A DNA stretch of 64,000 bases, taken from assembly GCA_965228855.1 (NCBI GenBank), contig CBDDIJ010000005.1:1088001-1152000 (forward strand), written 5' to 3'. Origin of the DNA: Candidatus Obscuribacterales bacterium (lineage in GTDB: Bacteria > Cyanobacteriota > Vampirovibrionia > Obscuribacterales > Obscuribacteraceae). The notes under the pieces were generated by a model, which was given only the letters and a program-made list of their open reading frames with translations, made no database searches and was not told the DNA's origin. The position numbers and the translations under genes were made by a program. Shown piece by piece: positions 49,076-56,393 of this stretch. Positions within the stretch are counted from its first letter, which is position 1. Every line of letters begins with the position of its first letter.

Positions 49076-50782
49076 CTAACGCTTGGTTGTTGCTCTCTTC
49101 AAGAGTTCAGCTCGACGTTTAGCTGCAGCATCAGCAGCCGCTTGGTCGGGGTCGCCTTCGGTCTTGCTGTCTTCAGCAGGCGGCGGGGCTGCTTCCGGCG
49201 CTGCTGGAACTGCTTCCGGCGCGACTGGAACTGCTTCCGGCGCGACTGGAACTGCTTCCGGCGCTGCTGGAACTACTTCCGGCGAGGCTGGAATTGCTTC
49301 CGGCGCTGCTGGAACTGCTTCCGGCGCGGCTGGAGTTGTCGGCTTCGGCTGGAGATCAGTGTACTGAGGAGCGAACGGGTCGTCCATGACCGCCGATGGA
49401 GGTGCTGGGACTTCCTGCTGTTTCTTCACTGCTTCGTCAGTCAATCGCTTCAGCTCATCGTAAAACTTACTGGACTTATCGAGCTTCGCAAGTTTTTCGG
49501 GATTGTCCTTAAACATTTCCTGTAGAACTGCATCGAGTCGTGGCGCTTTGCCATCAGCAGCTTCCGCCTTCTTCTTAGCTTGCTCGGTCAGAGCGGTATC
49601 CAGCTCCTCGGTCGTCAACGCCCCCGTCCCGACAAGAGCGGCTCCGACTCTGGGATACGGCTTCTCAAGATCAGCATCCGTCAGCGTGCCAGCCTTCACT
49701 TCCTTCTCGACCTGAGCTTTCATTGCATCGCGAATAGCCTTAGGATCGCCCTCGACTCCGGCAGTCGCAGCAGCGTCTTTCACAATTGCTTCAGCAGGAA
49801 CATTCTTTTCCACTTTCGCAGCCAGTGCGGCTTGCCGTTCAGCCTCAGCTCTTGCTTCGGCTTCCTTGACTGCAGCTTCGGCGCTCTGACGCAATGCCTG
49901 CTCCTGTTTGGCCATCATCTCCTTCATCTGTTCAGGAGACCAGCGGCTCGTCGGTTCGCCAACGATGTACCAATTACGAGGATTTCCGTTCTTATCCTTC
50001 AAAACCTTGAAGTCACGATCTCGAATTTCCCGTGCTTCTTTGGTGACCTGGTCAGGGTCCAACTTGAGTAAAGCTTCTTCCTGCGGAGTCAGGGTTTTCC
50101 CTTCCTTCTGCTTTTTGGCGGCCTCTTGCTGCTGCCGAGTTATGGCGCCCCAGGGTCCTTCACCCTTGGCAAATTGGATGCTGTAGTTTTCACCTTCGAG
50201 TTTCTTCTGAAACTCAGCCATTTTCTCTTGAATTTCCTTTTCCACGGCATCGGGCAACTTCACCCCGTCCGCGGGCTTCAATGCGCTGTATTCAGGATTT
50301 AAAGCACTTTCAGGCGACAGCGGTGCCGGCGGTACAGTATCACCGGTGGTGGCTTGTTCTTTGGGCTTATCGGCGCCTGGAGCTACGCGCACGGTGCCCT
50401 CAGGAGGGGCTTCCGCACTCGGAGCGGGCTCTACCTTCTTAAGTGCGCCACGGGCCGGATCAACAACGATCTCCTCGTTCCCTTTGGCTACTGTCGACTC
50501 GCCAGGTTTCGCAGCGGCAGGATCGGTAAACAGTATGCTGTCTCCATCGACAGTCGCTCGATTAAGTCCCTGCGTGTCAGTCGCTCCGGGCGCTGTCAGC
50601 GTCCGGGCGCTTTCCGGCGAAGCCATATCGACGACGGGCTGACCGGAACCGGGTGGAGGCACCGCAGCCTCGGTAGCATCTGTGGGCTGCCCCTGTGTTT
50701 TATCTCCACGTTGGTCCTGCAAAATCGTTTCAGACGCGTCCGGTTTGGGTGCTTGCGTCCCGTTTTTATCTTGGCCGTCCAT
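49076..50782 (-). CDS. Ala/Pro/Glu-rich protein with one MshEN-like motif
   Basis: Low-complexity ends; RVGAALVGTGALTTEELDTALTEQ..RLDAVL; probable start MDGQD at 50782. Confidence 0.7.
   Translation of the reverse strand: MDGQDKNGTQAPKPDASETILQDQRGDKTQGQPTDATEAAVPPPGSGQPVVDMASPESARTLTAPGATDTQGLNRATVDGDSILFTDPAAAKPGESTVAKGNEEIVVDPARGALKKVEPAPSAEAPPEGTVRVAPGADKPKEQATTGDTVPPAPLSPESALNPEYSALKPADGVKLPDAVEKEIQEKMAEFQKKLEGENYSIQFAKGEGPWGAITRQQQEAAKKQKEGKTLTPQEEALLKLDPDQVTKEAREIRDRDFKVLKDKNGNPRNWYIVGEPTSRWSPEQMKEMMAKQEQALRQSAEAAVKEAEARAEAERQAALAAKVEKNVPAEAIVKDAAATAGVEGDPKAIRDAMKAQVEKEVKAGTLTDADLEKPYPRVGAALVGTGALTTEELDTALTEQAKKKAEAADGKAPRLDAVLQEMFKDNPEKLAKLDKSSKFYDELKRLTDEAVKKQQEVPAPPSAVMDDPFAPQYTDLQPKPTTPAAPEAVPAAPEAIPASPEVVPAAPEAVPVAPEAVPVAPEAVPAAPEAAPPPAEDSKTEGDPDQAAADAAAKRRAELLKRATTKR
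49188..49334 (-). repeat. Coding tandem repeat, 7 x 21 bp (PAAPEAV)
   Basis: Plus-strand unit ACTGCTTCCGGCGCTGCTGGA with minor variants. Confidence 0.95.
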
Positions 50783-50969
50783 CAAAAAAATCCTCAAGCG
50801 AGCGGTAAAAAGGCGAGTATTACGATGGTCTTATCAAACAGCCTAACAGTCCATACGTAATATCCGCAAAACAAAGTGTCCAAAAATCGCGACTACGCTC
50901 AATCCCCGGCTCATCAGAGTTCCGAACGTCGCGCCAATATCGAAACTTTGACACACGGACCGACAGATC

Positions 50970-52277
50970 TCACGACGATCTCAGAGCCTTAACCCAAGTC
51001 CACTGCATCCGGGTCGGAACATTTACACCAAGACTGGCAAAGGCAATTTCAAGCGGAGCCTTTTCACGCACGCAATGATTAAGCAGCTGAATCGCCTTCT
51101 CCCCGGGCAGATAGCCAAGCCCAACCAGAGCCTTCAACCTCAGCGCCGTCACAACAGCTTGCTCGCTCAGGACATTTGCATGCAGAAGTGCCGCACCTTG
51201 CTCACCCCAAGTGGTCGCTGTCGCCGGGATCACACGTTCAACAGTATCTCGGCTTGAAACACCAGCTTCAACTATAAGGTCAGCAAGCGAAATTGTGTCC
51301 TCGATTTCGTTACCTCTGGGCATAGAAACAGATTCGACATCGACCCCCTGACGCACCACGCTCACCAGAGCCTCGGCGGCTTCATACGGTTTTAGCTTGC
51401 CCTCCTGCGTCAAGCTCATCAAGGTGGATGCAGACTGAACTTGTTGCGCGGTTACGAGTCCTCGCTCAAGAATAATTTGACCAAACGGTTTTCGCTTAAA
51501 TAGTTCTATCTCATAACATTCAGCGAGATCTTCTCTCGAGATTAAGCCCGCGAGAAGGAAAAGCTCACCCATACGAATGTTCCGAACTTGAGAATGTTGC
51601 ATGAAATCGAGTTCGAATAGCGACTGCTCAAACGAAATACGCCGTTGCCGGGCATACCTCAACGCCTGGGCAGCATTATTCTTACTCAGCAGGTCTTCGC
51701 GTATGAGCACTATGGCATTGAGCGCGCCAAGCAATTCTTCGGTGGACACTTTATTGTCTAACAGCAACAAATGACCGACCATCATTGCCGAGTCCATCGA
51801 AAGTTTGACGAACCGTCCAAGATCTTCACTGGTAATGAACTTGGCAGCTAACAATAAACTGGTAAGCTCGTTCGTCACTGAAACCGAAATCTGGGTTGCC
51901 TGGTGCAATTTCTGAACTGATGCAATTGCCTCAGGCAGACTCAAGCGACGCTGCAACGCGACGCGCATGGCTCTAATTGCCAGGTCAGAAGAAATCTCGT
52001 TTGCTAAAACCTTTTCTTGCGCTTGAACAGAGAGTTGCAAACTGTGCTCCGTGAGCAGACCAGCATGAGACACAGCCGTTAACAGTGGAATATTCTCGAA
52101 TTCCGAAACTTCATTAGCTCGAGCATATTCCTCACGCGTCACCAAACCGCTGCCCAAAAGGAGTTGCACCAGTACCTTAACTTCGTTTCCGACCCGCGGC
52201 TCGCTTTGCAAAATTTCCTCCGACATCTCTGCGGCGTCATATCCGCAAGAGCAAGTGGACGGTTCCAGATATCGCAT
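50970..52277 (-). CDS. MshEN-like repeat protein
   Basis: RMGELFLLAGLISREDL..PFGQIILERGLVT; paralog-like to 6473..7738; start may be 52226. Confidence 0.6.
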   Translation of the reverse strand: MRYLEPSTCSCGYDAAEMSEEILQSEPRVGNEVKVLVQLLLGSGLVTREEYARANEVSEFENIPLLTAVSHAGLLTEHSLQLSVQAQEKVLANEISSDLAIRAMRVALQRRLSLPEAIASVQKLHQATQISVSVTNELTSLLLAAKFITSEDLGRFVKLSMDSAMMVGHLLLLDNKVSTEELLGALNAIVLIREDLLSKNNAAQALRYARQRRISFEQSLFELDFMQHSQVRNIRMGELFLLAGLISREDLAECYEIELFKRKPFGQIILERGLVTAQQVQSASTLMSLTQEGKLKPYEAAEALVSVVRQGVDVESVSMPRGNEIEDTISLADLIVEAGVSSRDTVERVIPATATTWGEQGAALLHANVLSEQAVVTALRLKALVGLGYLPGEKAIQLLNHCVREKAPLEIAFASLGVNVPTRMQWTWVKALRSS

Positions 52278-52629
52278 ATTAACGCATTACTGTTTTATTC
52301 CACTTAACGCGCCGCCAAACGCTTTTTAAGTCCAATAAACATTGCAAAGCTCGATTCACTACAGTGTTAACCAATTTTATCGGCACCTCGGTACTGATTG
52401 GTGAAGGCTATCCGTTCAGAATGAACTGGGAAGCCTGGAGAGTTATCTGAACTCATTAGCTCGCGCAAAAATGGGAAACGCTTGCCTTGGACCTAAATGC
52501 CCGCTTAGTACGAACCACCTGCTGAAGCCATAGAGCGATACGACACCATATTTGGTATCAATTTTCCGACTGACCGGACAATTAAAGACTTGCTCTGACT
52601 CTCACTGCTTGACAGATTAATGTACTAAA

Positions 52630-53490
52630 ATGGGTGAGCTCGCTCCCGTCATACCGAAGCCGAAAGTTACCATGCCAAATCTCAGTAAAACGTATGCCGC
52701 AGCCCTGTCACTCGGCCTTCTAGCGGTCTCCATCTTCACGACACTCGAAAGTCCGTATTCCATCGCGAACAGCGCCTCAGCCGCAAGCTCATCAGTGGTC
52801 GACATCTCCGGTCCCTGGAACTCTCAATTCGGCACTATAAATCTCAAAGTAGAAGGCAAAGACAGCGATGGACAGGTTGTAGTCAGCGGATGGTGGAATA
52901 ACGGCGGAAGCAGCGCCGAGATTGTCTACGGTCGCTTTCATCCCGCCACCGCTGGCGGTATCTTGAAGGTAGAGTACTATGTTGAACAGCGCCAGATTTA
53001 TGGCTACGCCGAATTTAAATTGAGCCCAAATCTGACGGTTCTCACAGGTAAGTATGATGAAACAGATCAGCATGGCGACTGGGTTTTAACACGAGCAAAA
53101 GGATTCAGCACCAAATATTTGACGGACCTTCAAGTTTTGACTAGCCTTGGAAGAAACAAACATTCAACTGTTCTGACGAATCCTGCAGGCAAATGGAATT
53201 CTAACTTCGGTGTTGTTGAGCTGCAAACAACTGGAAACACCCGCGGAATTTTGATTAACGGCAAATTTACCCGCACGGACGGGAAGGTCGGAAAAATCGA
53301 CTCCGGTACGTACCTCCGTGATTCAAAGGGCGGTTTGATGAGGTTGCAGTATTCGACGCCCTGGAACAATGGCAAAGGCTCCGGCACGTTTCGACCGGAT
53401 TCAAAGATCGCAGATCGTCAGCTCCTCGGCATTTATGAAGAAGCAGGTCAAACCGGTCAATGGATTTTGAGTCGTCCACTTCCGAAGTAA
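52630..53490 (+). CDS. Secreted protein with an internally duplicated beta-rich domain
   Basis: SGPWNSQFG..GDWVLTR and AGKWNSNFG..GQWILSR; signal-like hydrophobic segment. Confidence 0.7.
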   Translation: MGELAPVIPKPKVTMPNLSKTYAAALSLGLLAVSIFTTLESPYSIANSASAASSSVVDISGPWNSQFGTINLKVEGKDSDGQVVVSGWWNNGGSSAEIVYGRFHPATAGGILKVEYYVEQRQIYGYAEFKLSPNLTVLTGKYDETDQHGDWVLTRAKGFSTKYLTDLQVLTSLGRNKHSTVLTNPAGKWNSNFGVVELQTTGNTRGILINGKFTRTDGKVGKIDSGTYLRDSKGGLMRLQYSTPWNNGKGSGTFRPDSKIADRQLLGIYEEAGQTGQWILSRPLPK

Positions 53491-53614
53491 TCGCAATCCT
53501 GGTATGTTTCTAAATCGGTATTAGCGGGTTGAAAAACGAGTTTGCTAGCGCTATGAAAACAACTCTTTCATGGCATGGTAGGCATCAAGTCGGGCGTCGA
53601 CAGTATCAGTACTA

Positions 53615-54814
53615 CTAGGTCTCGATCTCGGGCCGATACTCTTCAGGCGACATACCAAAGGTCCAGGCTACCGCTTCTCGTGCGGTCATCACATTCGGTG
53701 GCACGCGTAAGAAATAGTATTTAAAAGTACCATCGGGCTCCGGTGAGGAATTGAGAACCTTAACCATCTTGAGAGGCTCATCCAGAAGAAAATCTTTTCT
53801 GTACAAGACTCCGCAACTATCTTCATCGATTTTTACGGCCTCAGCATCCTTCAAATATTGTTCGACTCCGTATACTTCAATAAGATGTCGACGGACTTCG
53901 ATATTTTGCTCGCGGTCAATCTCCAATAAATTTTTACGATGTGCGAATCGAATAACTCGCTCAGGAATGAACTTGCCATGGCGCGCATATATACACCAGC
54001 TGTCATTATATTCGACGGACGGACCGCTGTTATTGTGCAATCGGTCCTCTGAATCTAAAACTAACATCTGTGGTCGGTACGTGACAATTGCTACCTTATC
54101 AAAGACCCACCACCAATTAACCTCTCGAGATAGAGCCAAAATGCCTTTCGTAGCAGGAAGATCAACTCCGCAGACGTCGGCGAAACTCAGTAACTCTAAA
54201 TGGTCTCCATCTTGCCCACCAAGTCCGCAGTACCAGCTCTGCTGAGCGCAACCAGCCGCGAAATTCGCATCAAATACCAGTCGCCCAAGAACATCAAAGT
54301 CCTGCTCATCAAGCTGTTGCTCGATTCGCATCAATATGTACGACCAAGTGTCCTCATTAAACACCTGCTGCGATTCATGAGGGTCAGAGCGATGAGAAAA
54401 TCTAATCTCCAGTTGCCGCGCCACTTGCGCACGGATTGGCGAGGCAATGTTGCTCTCCACGTTTAGCGGAACCATTTTGAGCTGAGTATCCAGATGTTGC
54501 CATAGCTCAGTTGTTCCAGCGCCAGCGGCATCCCGCCAGAGTTTCTGGTACATGGCATCAACGGGCTGATTGCACAACCGCGAGAACAAGTTCTCGTAGC
54601 TCCGGTTGAATATCGAGGCAGCCACCGCCCCAGCCAGAGGCGAATCCAGCCAAACAAGACGTTCAGGCGGCGGATGGCCAGCCAAAGCGTAGACCTGCTT
54701 GACGGCATCCTGCACTGCCGGAACGTTGAGCTCGTCACATGAAACAGCCAGCTGCAACCACTGATTGCGATGCTCTCGAAGAGCCTTCCGGAGGGTATCG
54801 TCAATCGAGACCAC
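53615..54814 (-). CDS. DUF6745-like domain protein
   Basis: LVWLDSPLAG, RLHNNSGP, EQNIEVRR, NSSPEPDGT..LRVPP..AREAVAWTFG. Confidence 0.75.
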   Translation of the reverse strand: MVSIDDTLRKALREHRNQWLQLAVSCDELNVPAVQDAVKQVYALAGHPPPERLVWLDSPLAGAVAASIFNRSYENLFSRLCNQPVDAMYQKLWRDAAGAGTTELWQHLDTQLKMVPLNVESNIASPIRAQVARQLEIRFSHRSDPHESQQVFNEDTWSYILMRIEQQLDEQDFDVLGRLVFDANFAAGCAQQSWYCGLGGQDGDHLELLSFADVCGVDLPATKGILALSREVNWWWVFDKVAIVTYRPQMLVLDSEDRLHNNSGPSVEYNDSWCIYARHGKFIPERVIRFAHRKNLLEIDREQNIEVRRHLIEVYGVEQYLKDAEAVKIDEDSCGVLYRKDFLLDEPLKMVKVLNSSPEPDGTFKYYFLRVPPNVMTAREAVAWTFGMSPEEYRPEIET

Positions 54815-54897
54815 AGCATTCCCTAAAATTAGCCCTCAGCCCCATGCTAAATCAGCATCATATGCCACATGAGAGTTTACCATCATAAGCCAAATGT

Positions 54898-54930
54898 AAA
54901 ACCGGGGAGCGCTTTACGCGTTCCCCGGTT
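54898..54930 (-). terminator. Intrinsic terminator hairpin
   Basis: AACCGGGGAACGC-GTAAA-GCGCTCCCCGGTT-TT on the minus strand (12 of 13 pairs). Confidence 0.65.
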
Positions 54931-54931
54931 C

Positions 54932-55051
54932 TGGTTGGATTGGTTGGATTGGTTGGATTGTCGGAAAGTTTCGTGAGCTTTGTCGGACTGGGGTCGGGTT
55001 GGGATGGTTGGTTGGGTTGGGATGGTTGGTTGGATTAGGTTGGTTGGTTGG
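54932..55051. repeat. GGTT/GGAT tandem repeats
   Basis: 3 x TGGTTGGAT at 54932-58; 2 x GGGTTGGGATGGTTGGTT plus one variant at 54996-55049. Confidence 0.95.
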
Positions 55052-55092
55052 TCGTAGTCGTTGGGCTCACACTCAAGAAATTACAAGAGAAA

Positions 55093-55111
55093 CGTTACAG
55101 CAACGTGACCG
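55093..55111 (-). promoter_or_regulatory. Pho-box-like direct repeat upstream of the candidate sRNA
   Basis: CGGTCAC-GTTG-CTGTAAC (11-bp period), 10 nt before TAATTT. Confidence 0.45.
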
Positions 55112-55187
55112 ACAGGGCTATGAAACAAGAAGACGCTAAACGCCGGCAATTCCAACCTTTACAGACTCAACCTCATTTCAATTCCTA

Positions 55188-55240
55188 AACCGATATCGAT
55201 TGAGGACAGTTTTATACATCATCTTCAACCGATATCGGTT
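55188..55240. repeat. Two palindrome copies
   Basis: AACCGATATCGATT at 55188; perfect core at 55227. Confidence 0.93.
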
Positions 55241-55369
55241 CAAAAACCAAACAAGGGTGAGTGTCGAGCCTCGCGAAAGGTCGAAACATTATATAGATTG
55301 ATGTTGGTAAAACTGACGCATCTGACAAGGGGACTATCTGCCAAGCTCCGCCGGTCAAAGAACGGACCG

Positions 55370-56047
55370 CTAAGGTTCCATTTCAAACTTGTAGCCTAAA
55401 CCTTTAACAGTTTTGATAAGCGAGTCTCTGCCCTCAACGTCAATTTTCTTTCGAAGCCGGAGAATTCGTTGACGTACTGCTTCGTCAGTAGCGTCGGAGT
55501 CCAGCGTGAAGACTCGGTCAAGTAGTTCCTTCGAGCTGAATAACCGACCAGGATTTTTCATGAAGAGTTCAAGCAAAGCGAATTCCGAGGGCGCAAGCGA
55601 GACGGCTTCACCACATCTGGTGACCGTGCATGTATTCAGGTCCAGCTGAATTTCTTGTGCTTCTAGGATTTTTTGTTGAACTTGCTGAGGTCGGCGAAGC
55701 AAGGCTCTAATTCGAGCCATCAGCTCGGCATATGCAAAGGGTTTAATTAAATAATCGTCGGCTCCAAGATTAAGCGCTTCCACTCGGTTTGGCACGTCCG
55801 ATTGCCCGGTAAGAAAGAGGATAGGCATTTTGCCGCCGGATTCACGATAGGCTTTCAGAATTTCCAAGCCGGTTAATCCGGGCAGATTCCAGTCAACGAT
55901 CGCAAGGTCATAAGGATAGTGACTGATGCGCTCGAGCCCGTCCGACCCATCAGCAACCCAATCCACCACATGGTTATTGGATTCAAGGGCCTCCTGGACC
56001 ACTACCGCTACTTGTGTGTCATCCTCGACAACTAGAATTCTTGCCAT
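55370..56047 (-). CDS. OmpR/PhoB-family response regulator
   Basis: ILVVEDD, IVDWNLP, GADDYLIKPF, winged helix IKTVKGLGY. Confidence 0.95.
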   Translation of the reverse strand: MARILVVEDDTQVAVVVQEALESNNHVVDWVADGSDGLERISHYPYDLAIVDWNLPGLTGLEILKAYRESGGKMPILFLTGQSDVPNRVEALNLGADDYLIKPFAYAELMARIRALLRRPQQVQQKILEAQEIQLDLNTCTVTRCGEAVSLAPSEFALLELFMKNPGRLFSSKELLDRVFTLDSDATDEAVRQRILRLRKKIDVEGRDSLIKTVKGLGYKFEMEP

Positions 56048-56393
56048 AGGCGCCTTTCGCGCTATTACCCCTTTTCCAGCCCTTATATTATAGACCGCGA
56101 GAAGGCCCCTTAAACGTTGGCAACGTCAAAGTTCACCGAAGTCCCAGCCCTGCGCACGGATAAACATATTTGCAGCCGCGCGATCAAAATTTTATCCGCC
56201 TCGCCGGTAGCCTTGAATACTGCTCACAACGATTATGTTCATCGGAACGCCGGAAGGTCTTACGAGCCAGCGCGCACAACGGTATTGTATACGGTATCAT
56301 CCTGAGACTGTCTAGTTTGCGCCGGAGGATGAGAGCAGTACGCAATTCTTCGAATTCGATATACTGAGTCACCTGCCCCAATGGTAAGACTTT

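Larger units (their letters stand above)
54897..55072 (-). ncRNA. Candidate CCAA-repeat small RNA
   Basis: GUGAGC/GCUCAC closing stem, G-free CCAA-repeat loop, 3 x AUCCAACCA, terminal GC hairpin plus UUUU; no ORF on this strand. Confidence 0.55.

Noticed and set aside
49061..49525. Plus-strand ORF with RRCWNCF repeats resembling a Cys-rich peptide precursor
   Set aside because: It is the antisense shadow of the PAAPEAV repeat in the minus-strand gene.
54869..54976. 35-aa plus-strand ORF with WLDWLDWLD, like a Trp leader peptide
   Set aside because: No RBS, no downstream plus-strand trp genes; the Trp codons arise from the 9-bp repeat.
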